From the NCBI GenBank assembly GCA_046704725.1, contig JBJKRI010000002.1, forward strand, positions 1 to 64,000: a stretch of DNA of 64,000 nt. Direction: 5' to 3'. Made by a program: the position numbers and the translations under genes. Under the pieces are notes generated by a model, which was not told where the DNA came from, did no database searches, and was given only the letters and a program-made list of their open reading frames with translations. The DNA comes from Candidatus Woesearchaeota archaeon. GTDB lineage: Archaea > Nanobdellota > Nanobdellia > Woesearchaeales > SKIA01. The first letter of the stretch is position 1; each line of letters opens with the position of its first letter. Shown piece after piece: positions 19,326 through 29,015 of this stretch.

Positions 19326-19417
19326 TGGATAAGTAAGATTTTCCTTATTCATAACTCTTGTGGTCAACGCGATCACCTTGGGGTTGGAGAGGTGCTGACG
19401 CTTGAAAAGGCATTCTC

Positions 19418-19469
19418 CCGTGGCTGTCCTGTGAGGACTTCCGAGATGCACGGAGGATTTCCGGAACGG
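19418..19469 (-). repeat. 52-bp TA-associated repeat, copy R1
   Basis: ccgtggctgtcctgtgaggacttccgagatgcacggaggatttccggaacgg; 48/52 identical to R2. Confidence 0.9.
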
Positions 19470-19501
19470 GTGTTGATGGGTGCTGTTCAGGTGTGTGACG
19501 C

Positions 19502-19756
19502 CTATTTTGGATAGCGATGGTCGGTGATGATTTTCTCCGGATACAGCTCTCGCCGTCTCTGGTCGAAGGAGAAGACGATCCTGTAGGGCCCGATCCGCAC
19601 GCGGGAATGCCTCCTCAATGGTCCGCGCAGCCGCTTGTGGCGCGTCGGATCCTCCGCGACCTGCTCGATCTTCTTCAGGACACGTCGCCGTGCTTGGGCG
19701 TCGAGTCCCTTCAGATCGTCCGCGAATTCACGCGTCGGTAGGATCCTGTAGGTCAT
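19502..19756 (-). CDS. relE: RelE/ParE-family toxin
   Basis: YRILPTREFADDLKGL...HKRLRGPL..SRVRIGPYRIVF. Confidence 0.88.
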   Translation of the reverse strand: MTYRILPTREFADDLKGLDAQARRRVLKKIEQVAEDPTRHKRLRGPLRRHSRVRIGPYRIVFSFDQRRRELYPEKIITDHRYPK

Positions 19757-19919
19757 TCCAGTCCGCGAAATCGCGGCGCCTGACCTGCTCTTCCGAACGC
19801 TTCAAGGAGTCCATGAATCCCTTGTCCTGCGAGAGTTCGAGGGATTCGAGGAGCGCATCCGCCTCGTCACGGATATGCCTGAGCCCCTCCCGGGTCTCCT
19901 TGTCGACGCTCATATGCAT
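19728..19919 (-). CDS. Antitoxin partner of RelE
   Basis: LLESLELSQDKGFMDSLKRSEEQVRR pattern; overlaps the toxin start. Confidence 0.75.
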   Translation of the reverse strand: MHMSVDKETREGLRHIRDEADALLESLELSQDKGFMDSLKRSEEQVRRRDFADWNDLQDPTDA

Positions 19920-19974
19920 GGTCAGGTCCTCGCGGTAGATAAACCTACTGCATCCTGTTATACGTGCCTTGCGG

Positions 19975-20026
19975 CCGTGGCTGTCTTGTGAGGAATTCCG
20001 CGATGTACGGAGGATTTCCGGAACGG
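19975..20026 (-). repeat. 52-bp TA-associated repeat, copy R2
   Basis: ccgtggctgtcttgtgaggaattccgcgatgtacggaggatttccggaacgg. Confidence 0.9.
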
Positions 20027-20043
20027 TGGGTGGTCAGTATCCC

Positions 20044-20427
20044 TCACGCCTCGTCGATCTCTTTCTCCACCGCGGTCGCGCACGCATCGAAGGCTTTTTC
20101 CGCGAAGTCCAGAGCGTCGTCCGCTTCTGCGACCTGCGCGGCGTAGCCGTCGTAGTTGATCCTGTGCCGCACGCGCTTGACATTCTCGATGTACGCGAGC
20201 GGCCGCGCCGTCTCGATCTTCAGCCGTTCGAGCTCGGTGAGCTGCGTGCCGTGGTCCGTGCTCTTGATTCCGGCGAGCGAAAGGCGCGCTTCTCCGAGCA
20301 TGCGGAACGCCTCGTAGACGTTGCGGACGATTGTCGCCGCCGTGGTGTCGTTGACGGGAATCTGCTGCGCTGCGGCGATGTCCCTGCGCGCTTGCTGCAC
20401 GAGGTCGCGAGCGCGGCCAGGGTTCAC
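20044..20427 (-). CDS. HEPN-domain protein (toxin of an MNT-HEPN pair)
   Basis: GTG overlaps the MNT stop; YEAFRMLGEA, RHRINYDGY HEPN-like motif. Confidence 0.75.
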   Translation of the reverse strand: MNPGRARDLVQQARRDIAAAQQIPVNDTTAATIVRNVYEAFRMLGEARLSLAGIKSTDHGTQLTELERLKIETARPLAYIENVKRVRHRINYDGYAAQVAEADDALDFAEKAFDACATAVEKEIDEA

Positions 20428-21026
20428 GTACGCACCTCGAGGAATCCCTTGAGCACGATGCCGTTGGCGATGCTGTTGAACAGGTTCACCCCGATGCGGT
20501 TCCGGCAGAAGACATGGAGATTCACCTGTACGTCCTTCCTGTATCCGACCGTGGCTATGGTCGCGACGGGGACGATCTGCAGTTCGATGTCGTCGGGCAC
20601 CTCCACAGCGATGTCGATATCGCTTCTCTCCGTGTCCTGTCCTGTCCTGTAGCTCCCGAAGAGGATCATGTTCTTCGCTTGCGGGATCTGCTGCTCTATG
20701 AGTCTGATGAGGCCGGATTCGTATATCGTCCGGAGGTTGTGTCCGATCTTCCGGCTGAGGTTGAAGATATGCTCGGTGTTGCAACGCAGGCGGTGCATGC
20801 GTCCGAACACTTCCTTGTGGAGAAAGCCGCTCTCCACGAGCTGCGGGATGATCTCCTGCGCCGTTGACTTGGATATGCCCACTTGCTCGACGAGTTCGTT
20901 CACGCTCACGCCCTGGTCGGGGAAACTGAAGAACCAGAGCAGGATGCGTTCGAGGCTGTCCTTGAGCTCCTTGGCCTTCCGTTGCTCCTGCAGGCGTTCG
21001 GCGTCCCTAAGCGTCTTGAGCGGCAT
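20424..21026 (-). CDS. wHTH plus minimal nucleotidyltransferase (MNT) antitoxin
   Basis: SVNELVEQVGISKSTA HTH; ILFGSYRTGQDTERSDIDIAV. Confidence 0.9.
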   Translation of the reverse strand: MPLKTLRDAERLQEQRKAKELKDSLERILLWFFSFPDQGVSVNELVEQVGISKSTAQEIIPQLVESGFLHKEVFGRMHRLRCNTEHIFNLSRKIGHNLRTIYESGLIRLIEQQIPQAKNMILFGSYRTGQDTERSDIDIAVEVPDDIELQIVPVATIATVGYRKDVQVNLHVFCRNRIGVNLFNSIANGIVLKGFLEVRT

Positions 21027-21033
21027 ACTATCG

Positions 21034-21088
21034 GTACGCTATAGTACCATATAAAGTTTTTTATGTACCACCTGGTACTATTATGTAC
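21034..21088. promoter_or_regulatory. Phased GTAC operator array around the TATA box of the MNT-HEPN operon
   Basis: GTAC at 21034, 21044, 21065, 21075, 21085; inverted repeat ATAGTACCA/TGGTACTAT. Confidence 0.55.
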
Positions 21089-21404
21089 TGATTCGGACGC
21101 CTTCCCTGAAGCTGTTGGCGCTGTCCTTGCACAATATGAAGATGCAGGCGTCGTCCCGGAAAGGCTCCTTGTCGTCGATGGCTCGGAGAAGAGCGTCCTC
21201 CAAGCTCGATGCGGGACGCAGCGAGCCGTCCCAGACGAAGAAGAGACGGCGATAGTCGTTGTTGTTGAACTCCTCGACGAGGATGAAGCGTTCGGAACTG
21301 GAGGCGAGGACGATGTGGGCGGTGACGAAATCCTCCGGATCGGCCCTGGTGAAATCCTCGGAGAAGATGTCGGTATCCATCAATGCGCGGGCGAGCGGGT
21401 GCAT
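21081..21404 (-). CDS. Hypothetical acidic protein
   Basis: 107-aa ORF with protein-like composition. Confidence 0.45.
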   Translation of the reverse strand: MHPLARALMDTDIFSEDFTRADPEDFVTAHIVLASSSERFILVEEFNNNDYRRLFFVWDGSLRPASSLEDALLRAIDDKEPFRDDACIFILCKDSANSFREGVRIST

Positions 21405-21692
21405 GGATGCGGGAGAGGAGCGGAGGAGAATATCCGATTAATGGAATGCTTCGCGCCTTCACGGAACGCATTGAAAGCACGGCGTGTTCGTGTCTTTCAA
21501 GTATTTCGGAGAGTGGCGGGACAAAGCCAAATGAATCGCGGCGCCGAGAGCATGCAATTTGCCGATGATACGCGTGACTACGCGCCGAATTTATATAGCA
21601 TGCTGGCAACAATTGTAGGAAGCATGGTGCACATCCTTCGAGACGGCAGTAAGTTCCTTCCCTGGGACCTCAATTCCGAGGAGGATTAGAGC

Positions 21693-23732
21693 GTGTCCTA
21701 CAAAGACTTGGACCTGCAGAATCGACCAGGCAGTTTTGATTCGACTAGAGACAATCTTATTCGGGACTTTTATATTCCCTGCCTGAGCCAGGCGCAGAGA
21801 TATCGTCGGGTGGCAGGATTCTTCAATTCAGCTTCTTTCTGGGCTGCGATTACAGGCATTAGGAGGCTCATCTCGAACGGCGGGAAGATCCAGTTGGTTT
21901 GTAATGTCCACGTCAACTCTCAAGATGTCAAAGATTTAGAGGTCTATGCCCGGCACATGCAGGAAGATTTCGTGGACAATGTGGATGCTGATGATACCCA
22001 GTTGTCACTATTGGGCTACCTGCTGAAAGAACAGATACTGGAGATGAAAATCGCCATAGTACCCACAGGGATATTGCATTCTAAATGGGGGATATTCACA
22101 GATTCAGAGGACAATCATATTCTCTTCACAGGTTCCGAGAATGAAACCTATTCCGGTTGGAGCAGACACAGCGAACGGTTCGACACGCATCTAAGCTGGA
22201 TTGAAAGCGATTACAATAGGTTCGTGCAGCCAAGTCTAAATGACTGGGATGCGGTCTGGTATGATCGCGCCGAGAACGTTAAGGTAATCCCCGTCCTCGA
22301 AGCTCTCAAGCGGAAATTGATTCAGGTGGCTGCCGATGGTCCTCAACAAGCGACTCGCATTGACGAACGGCTGGAAAGAGAGGCGCTGCAAAAAATTAAG
22401 CTTGGACGCGAACTAGCAACAGAGCTAGTGAACGAGAAATTGAGACCTTACCAGCATGAGGCGGTCGTAGAATGGATGTTCAATGAGCGAAATGGCCTCT
22501 TCCATATGGCTACCGGCACGGGAAAGACCATCGCTGCTAAAGCGTGTATCCGAGTCCACAGCAGTAGGACTAATGGCGTAGTCGTCGTTGCTGCGCCCAC
22601 ACAGCTTCTGGTTCGGCAGTGGGTGTCGAGCCTGAACAAGTCAGGCATCTATGACGTTATCGAGGTGATGGATTCTAAACATAAGTGGATTCAGAATCTC
22701 AGGACAAGAATACAACGCAGAAATATGGGCCTGGATGAGACGGTGGTGATTGTTGCAACCTACAAATCATTTAGTGATGATGATTTCCAGACCATACTGC
22801 AAGATTCAGGCCAAGAAATCCTTCTAATCGCGGATGAGGTGCACCATTCTTGGACAAGAAGCGTAAGAAGGCATCTTGATTCGAAATTCAAGTTTCGACT
22901 GGGATTGTCGGCCACTCCCGAACTTTTTTTCGATAAGGACGGCACAAAAGCGATGCAGGACTACTTCGGCGGAGTGGTATTCCGTTTCGCGATATCAGAT
23001 GCTATTCCGCAATACCTAAGCCGCTACGAGTATTATGTCCGGGTGGCTTTTCTGAGTCAGGAAGAACTCGAGAGATTTAGACGACTCTCTGCTCGGATCG
23101 CCAGCATCATCAGCAGCAATAAAGGAAAAGTGGATAATCGCGTCCTAGCCCTGTTGATGAAGAGGGCGCGGCTGGTTTCGGGCAGTGAAAACAAGTTACC
23201 TGTTCTAGACTCTCTATTGGATGATTTGCGTCCGCTCAAGCGAACAATCGTCTATTGCTCGCCCCGGCAGATATCAGATATCAAAAGACTGTTGAGATCT
23301 AAAGATATCCGCGCTCACCAAATCACATATCAAGAGCCTTTGCAGCAGAGGAAGAGATTAATTCAGCAATTCCTTGACAAGAGACTCGACGCCATCATCG
23401 CGATGAAAGTACTCGATGAAGGCATTGATGTGCCAGGCATCTGGTCAGGCATCATCTGCGCGAGCAGCTCTAATCCTAATGAATATGTGCAGAGGAGGGG
23501 GCGTATTCTGAGGAAGTCTGACGACTGTCCGCTTCCCTCTATTTATGATATACTCATTATCCCCCATGACAATTGGGACGAATACTCTGATTCGGATACC
23601 CACCTCCTGAGAAAAGAGCTCAAGCGAATTGAGGAATTCGCTTCAACAGCGGAAAATGGCGACAAAGCTATAAACGAGTTACATCCATTATTCAATGTAC
23701 TGAAGCAAAATGGCGAGACGAAGAATCAATAG
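21693..23732 (+). CDS. PLD(HKD)-nuclease fused to an SF2 (DEAH/XPB-like) helicase; Dnd-associated restriction-like protein
   Basis: ILHSKWGIFTD...FTGSENET, LRPYQ, MATGTGKT, IADEVHH, LGLSATP, LDEGIDVP, QRRGRILR; GAGGAGG SD. Confidence 0.9.
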   Translation: MSYKDLDLQNRPGSFDSTRDNLIRDFYIPCLSQAQRYRRVAGFFNSASFWAAITGIRRLISNGGKIQLVCNVHVNSQDVKDLEVYARHMQEDFVDNVDADDTQLSLLGYLLKEQILEMKIAIVPTGILHSKWGIFTDSEDNHILFTGSENETYSGWSRHSERFDTHLSWIESDYNRFVQPSLNDWDAVWYDRAENVKVIPVLEALKRKLIQVAADGPQQATRIDERLEREALQKIKLGRELATELVNEKLRPYQHEAVVEWMFNERNGLFHMATGTGKTIAAKACIRVHSSRTNGVVVVAAPTQLLVRQWVSSLNKSGIYDVIEVMDSKHKWIQNLRTRIQRRNMGLDETVVIVATYKSFSDDDFQTILQDSGQEILLIADEVHHSWTRSVRRHLDSKFKFRLGLSATPELFFDKDGTKAMQDYFGGVVFRFAISDAIPQYLSRYEYYVRVAFLSQEELERFRRLSARIASIISSNKGKVDNRVLALLMKRARLVSGSENKLPVLDSLLDDLRPLKRTIVYCSPRQISDIKRLLRSKDIRAHQITYQEPLQQRKRLIQQFLDKRLDAIIAMKVLDEGIDVPGIWSGIICASSSNPNEYVQRRGRILRKSDDCPLPSIYDILIIPHDNWDEYSDSDTHLLRKELKRIEEFASTAENGDKAINELHPLFNVLKQNGETKNQ

Positions 23733-23889
23733 GATTATTCTTGAAAAGATTGATGTTCTAGACGACCGTAAGCTTAAAGCATTTCTTACAGAGGTGATTG
23801 ATCATGAGTTGTCTAATCTCGAGAACAGCAAAACACGCTACAAGGACGAGTACCTAGATTTGCTTGATAGGGTGGTGAGGTCGACCTGA
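23710..23889 (+). CDS. Small alpha-helical protein (59 aa) of the CxC-ATPase operon
   Basis: Hand-translated MARRRINRIILEKIDVLDDRKLKAFLTEVIDHELSNLENSKTRYKDEYLDLLDRVVRST; overlaps the helicase end and has a TGATG junction with the next gene. Confidence 0.75.
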   Translation: MARRRINRIILEKIDVLDDRKLKAFLTEVIDHELSNLENSKTRYKDEYLDLLDRVVRST

Positions 23890-25889
23890 TGTGGATTTCG
23901 AATGTGGGGATTAGGAATTTCCGTCCGTTTTGCGGAGGAGACGATTATTTAGAGATTGATCTCCCACCGAAGTCGGCGCGGGCAATTACTGTGGTGAAGG
24001 CGAAGTCTGACGTGGGAAAGACCACCTTTCTTTCAGCAATCGCGTGGTGTCTCTATGGTCGAGAGACTTCAGAGAACAAGGATAAAGAGCTCCCTCCTTT
24101 TAGCACATCACGATTATACGCCATGGGCGAGAAGGATATAGACAGCATGGAGGTAAGCCTAACGTTAAATGATGATGAGTCGAACCTGCCCATTTACACT
24201 ATCAAGAGAAGCCAGAATTTTCAGAAGTATACGGGCGATGATTCCGCGAACCAGCTGATTTCTCTTGGAGAGAGCTCTCTCGAAGTTGCGGAATGGGACG
24301 AGAAGAACAACTTCTTAGTTATCCCCGATTCCAGTGCGCAGAGGGTGGTGAACGAAATTCTTCCTGAAGAAATCCACTTGTTCTTCCTTTTTGAGGGTGA
24401 GAAACTAGAGAGGCATTTTAGTTTCATAGAACCCGAGACTGTCAGAGGAGCTATTGAGCGGACTTCTCAAATCGAGCAAGTGCATCGTGCGATACGCCAT
24501 CTCAACTCCGTTAAGGATAGCGTTTGGGACGAGGATGATCCCCAACCAGAGATGAAGGCGTTGCGCGAAGAAATTGACGGTCTGCAAGGACTTAACGATC
24601 AGAACGAGAGGAAACGACAGGAGCAGGAGAAAGAGATATCAGGCATGAATTCAGAGATATCCGATATCGATTCTTTCCTCGGAAAGCATGACGAAGAAGC
24701 GATTCAACAACTGAGTCTTGAAGCGCAAAGTATTGAAAAAGATTTTCAGCGGGAACGGGAAAAGCTGCGAGGCCTGAAAACCTCGTGGTCGAAAGAGGTT
24801 CTGTACGCTGCACCGCCGGCGCTCGGAGCAAAGAGCCTGTCGGAACTCCATCAAGCGCTTATCAACGAGCGTGCCAAGGACGCGCTCCAACCAAATATTG
24901 ACAGCAGATCTCTCATGGATCTTTTGGAGCATAATCGATGTGTCTGCGGCCGATCTCTCGATCCGAATAACAAAGCAGATGAGAAACACATAGCACTAAT
25001 CAAAAAGAAGCTGGAAGCTAACAAGCTCGACGAAGCAAGCGAATTAATCCGGGAAGGAGTCTTTAAGATACAGTCGGCATGGGAAAAAGCTTTGGGCTCT
25101 TTCGAGACCATTGAGGAATTCCATGAACAAGTGAAGGAGAAGAAGAAATATTTGAGGGAGAAGGAGTCCCTCCTGCAGGAGAAACAAGAGCGGCTAGTAT
25201 CCTTAGGAGATAACGTTGTTGAGACGAAGCAACGCAGAAAAAACGAGCTGGAGATGGCGAGGAGACGGTTAGAGGAGAGCAATGCCCGCCTCAAGCTAGC
25301 GATGCAAAACCGGGGAGTCGAAATCGCGCAGAAAAGAAGAGACCTGGAAAGGAAAGGCAGAAAGCTCAAGGGATACGAATTGTCGAAGAAAAAAGCGGCA
25401 TTTCTTGACTCCTCCCTCGAAGCGCTAGAAAATATCCGCGATAGCATCCTCAGCGAGGTTCGCCAGAAGGTTCAGCAAGAGACGTGGAAAAGCTTCTCTA
25501 ATATCCATTGGCTCAAAGACAAATATACAGACTTCATCATTACGTCGGATTACGAGCTCCGCCTTTGTGACTCTCAAGGAAGTAATTGGATAGCTAATCT
25601 GGCAGGAGGACCGAAACAGATTTTTCTGCTATCCTTTATCGCGGCTCTGAACAAGGTATCGGGCTTCAGGTTCCCAGTACTCATAGATACGCCGATGGCA
25701 AATCTCGATCAACAGCAGAGATTGAATGTCGCCTCTTTGCTGCCCATGTATCTCAAAGACTCTCAGGTTATCATTCTTGTGAAGGATCAGGAATACGGAG
25801 AAGAAATCCGCAAGCTGATACTGCCCAGACTATCTGAGGAGTACGAGTTCCGGATTAATGACGGATGCACGAAGGTGATACGGTGCTGA
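23889..25889 (+). CDS. DndD-like SMC/ABC ATPase with CxC zinc hook
   Basis: IRNFRPF, Walker A-like AKSDVGKTT, FLFEGEK, long coiled coil with RCVCGR, LAGGPKQ signature, VLIDTPMANLD. Confidence 0.88.
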   Translation: MWISNVGIRNFRPFCGGDDYLEIDLPPKSARAITVVKAKSDVGKTTFLSAIAWCLYGRETSENKDKELPPFSTSRLYAMGEKDIDSMEVSLTLNDDESNLPIYTIKRSQNFQKYTGDDSANQLISLGESSLEVAEWDEKNNFLVIPDSSAQRVVNEILPEEIHLFFLFEGEKLERHFSFIEPETVRGAIERTSQIEQVHRAIRHLNSVKDSVWDEDDPQPEMKALREEIDGLQGLNDQNERKRQEQEKEISGMNSEISDIDSFLGKHDEEAIQQLSLEAQSIEKDFQREREKLRGLKTSWSKEVLYAAPPALGAKSLSELHQALINERAKDALQPNIDSRSLMDLLEHNRCVCGRSLDPNNKADEKHIALIKKKLEANKLDEASELIREGVFKIQSAWEKALGSFETIEEFHEQVKEKKKYLREKESLLQEKQERLVSLGDNVVETKQRRKNELEMARRRLEESNARLKLAMQNRGVEIAQKRRDLERKGRKLKGYELSKKKAAFLDSSLEALENIRDSILSEVRQKVQQETWKSFSNIHWLKDKYTDFIITSDYELRLCDSQGSNWIANLAGGPKQIFLLSFIAALNKVSGFRFPVLIDTPMANLDQQQRLNVASLLPMYLKDSQVIILVKDQEYGEEIRKLILPRLSEEYEFRINDGCTKVIRC

Positions 25890-26833
25890 AAATCAAAGAT
25901 TTGAGGGAGGTGTTGGGGAGGAACCTCGGAATATCGTACGAAATGAGAGACAAGTTCAGACAGGTACTCTCAGGACACGTCTTTAGCACGGGAGAGTATG
26001 ACCAGAAGACGATTTTTCTATTATCCGTTGCACTCGCGAAGTACATGAAACAGAAGAGGAAACCCTTCAAAGGAGGCTCCACTACCAAGAGAATTGGGCT
26101 TGTGAACATCAGTTCGTTAGAAGACGAGGAACTGTGGTACTTGGCATCAGTCGCGTTCGAAGAAACCAGAAGTCTGAAGACGCTTACGGATGGCCCGGAA
26201 CTGAGAAAGATATGTGAAGAGTACGCCCACAGAGGTATCGATGAGCTTCTTAAGCTCACCCACGAATTTGGAACACAAGATGGATTTGTGCTCAGGCTTG
26301 AGGCGCTTAGCCGAGAGGCTATGAAGAAATCGACGATTTCAGTTAGCGGTACTGCAGTATCCAATCTACGAGCTCTTGTGGAGCTAGGTGAGAAAATAAA
26401 CCTCGAGTTCAAATCTACTCTTAGAATCAACTTGCACACCAAGAAGCCAGACAAGGAGATTACCTTCTCGGTGCTAAAGACTATCGCCGCTTTTTTGAAC
26501 ACTGGAGGGGGAACTCTCTTGATTGGCTATAACGAGAAGGACGACTCTTTTCTGGACGTTTCGACAGACAACTTTCCCGATAGCGACAAGTATGAGCTTT
26601 TTCTTGTCAACCAGATACGGGATCGAATCGGTTCTGACTACACATCGTTCATCAAGATGCGCTTCTCCACGGCAGAAGGGCATACAGTATACGTAGTCGA
26701 CTGTGAGCCCTCGCCCAGTCCTGCGTATGTAAAGGAATCGGATAAAGAGAAGTTCTTTATCAGGCAAGGTCCCTCAACTCAAGAGTTAACGGGAAGCGCT
26801 ATGGCAAAGTTCCTCAAGGACCGCTTCGAATAG
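25865..26833 (+). CDS. DndE-like/dnd-associated N-terminal domain fused to a Schlafen/AlbA_2 domain
   Basis: N-terminal CEEYAHRGIDEL; C-terminal GEKINLEFKSTL, KTIAAFLNTGGGTLLIG, FFIRQGPST. Confidence 0.8.
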   Translation: MHEGDTVLKIKDLREVLGRNLGISYEMRDKFRQVLSGHVFSTGEYDQKTIFLLSVALAKYMKQKRKPFKGGSTTKRIGLVNISSLEDEELWYLASVAFEETRSLKTLTDGPELRKICEEYAHRGIDELLKLTHEFGTQDGFVLRLEALSREAMKKSTISVSGTAVSNLRALVELGEKINLEFKSTLRINLHTKKPDKEITFSVLKTIAAFLNTGGGTLLIGYNEKDDSFLDVSTDNFPDSDKYELFLVNQIRDRIGSDYTSFIKMRFSTAEGHTVYVVDCEPSPSPAYVKESDKEKFFIRQGPSTQELTGSAMAKFLKDRFE

Positions 26834-27227
26834 CATTCTCGACTTTTTGAGGAATCTCGTCCAGCCGAAGAACATCGTGTTCCCAAACCCTAATCACACT
26901 CCAACCTCGCTCCTCAAACCATTCGTCCTTCTCGCGGTCCCGCTCCACGTTCCGCGCGAGCTTCGGCCCCCAATACTCAACGTTCGATTCCGGCATCCGG
27001 AAGTGCTCCGGGCACTTGTGCCAGAAGCAGCCGTCCACGAATATCACCGTCCGACGCGACACCATCGTGATGTCGGGCCTGCAGCGTATCTCCGGGAAGT
27101 ACTTGTGCAGGGAATACCTGTATCCCGCGCGGTGCAGCGCCCTCCGGAGCCGTAGCTCCGGCTTCGTGTCCTTCCCGCGCACCCGCGACATGATGCGGCT
27201 GCGCACCGCCTTCGACACCGTATCCAC
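26814..27227 (-). CDS. vsr: Very-short-patch repair endonuclease
   Basis: RSRIMSRVRGKDTKPE, PDI, IFVDGCFWHKC, YWGPKLARNVERD, IRVWEH. Confidence 0.95.
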   Translation of the reverse strand: MDTVSKAVRSRIMSRVRGKDTKPELRLRRALHRAGYRYSLHKYFPEIRCRPDITMVSRRTVIFVDGCFWHKCPEHFRMPESNVEYWGPKLARNVERDREKDEWFEERGWSVIRVWEHDVLRLDEIPQKVENAIRSGP

Positions 27228-27335
27228 TGGACAGCCGTGGTGGACGCCTTCATAAAAGCGTTTGGCGTATGGATGCCCAGCGATCGAAAGGATTATAAAG
27301 CGCGTCCGAGAGGCTGATTGATGGGGAGGGATGAG

Positions 27336-29015
27336 ATGACGAGAAAGCGTCTGACCGTCGCGGATTTCTTCTGCGGCGCGGGCGGATGGAGCGAGGGATT
27401 CCGGCAGATGGGCTTCGAGATGCGTTTCGCGCTCGACCACTGGCAGCCGGCCGTGGATACCCACGAGCTAAACCATCCCGACTGCGAGACCGTCCGCATG
27501 GACATCCTCGAGCTCGACACCCCCGAGAGGATAGACGCGGTCGTCCCCGACACGGATATCATCGTCGGCTCTCCTCCGTGCGTCTCCTTCAGCCATTCCA
27601 ACAACGCGGGCAAGGCCGACAAGTCGCTCGGCGTCCGCCTCATCGAATCCTACCTGCGCATCGTCCTGTGGAAGAAGAGCAAGGGCGTGCTCAAGCACTG
27701 GTGCATGGAGAACGTCCCGAACAGCGCCAAGTACACCAAGGACCGCTACACGTGGAAGGAGCTCGGGCTCCCGGGGAAGGGCCCCGACCTCGAGGTCCCC
27801 GTCCGAGAGTTCCTCGTGGCGGCCGACTTCGGCACGCCGCAGACGCGCAGGCGCTTCGTGTGCGGGGACTATCCGGTGCCGGAGAGGACGCACGACGAGG
27901 AGTCCTGGGTCACGATGCGCCACGTGCTCCGGTCGTTGGGCGAGCCGCTCGGGAAGCGCCCACGGACGGCGAAGGATCCGGTCTTCGGCTTCTCGCTCCC
28001 TGCCAAGCGCCTCACCGACCACTACTATGACACTCGCGTCGCGCCGTTCGAATGGGAGAAGGCCCGTCGCCAGAAGGAGGACCACGGCTATATGGGCAGG
28101 ATGTCCTTCCCCGAGAATCTTGACCGTCCCAGCAGGACGGTCATGGCGACGCGCTCGGCGAGCACGCGCGAGGCCATCATCCTCGGCGCGGGCACCGACG
28201 AGGATGGCGACCCTGTCTACCGGCTCCCGACCATCAGGGAGGTCGCGTGCTACATGTCGTTCCCCATCACCTACCAGTTCCAGGCGGACTCGGAATCCAA
28301 CAAGTACCGTCTCGTCGGCAACGCCGTCTGCGTCGGCATGTCCCGGGCGATCGCGGCGGCGATGCTCGACGCGGAGGGGCGGCCGCGGCCCGAGGGTTTC
28401 ATCGCGCAGGACATCGAGCCGCCGGGGACGGATCTCACCGGGCTGCGCAAGGAGATAAAGGAGCCGTCTCCCCGGAGGGCGGACGCTCGTTTCAAGCGTC
28501 ACGTGCCGTACCTGAAGGTCCGGAGCTTCCGCGTCGAACTCACGAACGAGCCTTCTGATTTCGACAAGGATTCCATCGTGTGGGACGCCGTGCTTCACTA
28601 CGGGAGCGGCAAGTCGGCGGAGGCCGTCAGTATCCCGTTGCAGTATGCGATGGCGCTCGCGAAGCAACTGCCGCAGTTCCCCGCGTTCCGTTCCGCCTTC
28701 TCTGATATCGTCGAGCAGTTGCCCGACGCGGAGGGTTTCCAGGATCTCTTCACGCAGCGGCTCCGTGGCGAGCGTCTCCTCTCGCCTTCGGAGGCATTGG
28801 AGGAGGTGCGCCGCCTCGTCGACGAGCATCTTCCCGAGGACCGCTTCGGGGATGTCGAGCTGAGGATCCCGCCGTCGTTCCGGCTGAGCCGCGGACGCAT
28901 CCCCGGCCGTATCGCGTTCGCGCTCTTCGCTGTGCGTTCCATCGCCGACAAGGTCAATGGAAAAGCTTCACGGTCGGCCACGGCCCCGCAGCAGGCGGCC
29001 GTGCTCTCGGACTAG
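27336..29015 (+). CDS. dcm: DNA (cytosine-5) methyltransferase with C-terminal extension
   Basis: DFFCGAGG, GSPPCVSFS, MENVP, PQTRRR, RLPTIRE, YRLVGNAV. Confidence 0.95.
   Translation: MTRKRLTVADFFCGAGGWSEGFRQMGFEMRFALDHWQPAVDTHELNHPDCETVRMDILELDTPERIDAVVPDTDIIVGSPPCVSFSHSNNAGKADKSLGVRLIESYLRIVLWKKSKGVLKHWCMENVPNSAKYTKDRYTWKELGLPGKGPDLEVPVREFLVAADFGTPQTRRRFVCGDYPVPERTHDEESWVTMRHVLRSLGEPLGKRPRTAKDPVFGFSLPAKRLTDHYYDTRVAPFEWEKARRQKEDHGYMGRMSFPENLDRPSRTVMATRSASTREAIILGAGTDEDGDPVYRLPTIREVACYMSFPITYQFQADSESNKYRLVGNAVCVGMSRAIAAAMLDAEGRPRPEGFIAQDIEPPGTDLTGLRKEIKEPSPRRADARFKRHVPYLKVRSFRVELTNEPSDFDKDSIVWDAVLHYGSGKSAEAVSIPLQYAMALAKQLPQFPAFRSAFSDIVEQLPDAEGFQDLFTQRLRGERLLSPSEALEEVRRLVDEHLPEDRFGDVELRIPPSFRLSRGRIPGRIAFALFAVRSIADKVNGKASRSATAPQQAAVLSD

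Noticed and set aside
21063-21689. 208-aa plus-strand ORF before the helicase
   Set aside because: It is antisense to a more protein-like ORF, starts inside a promoter, and has no recognisable motif.
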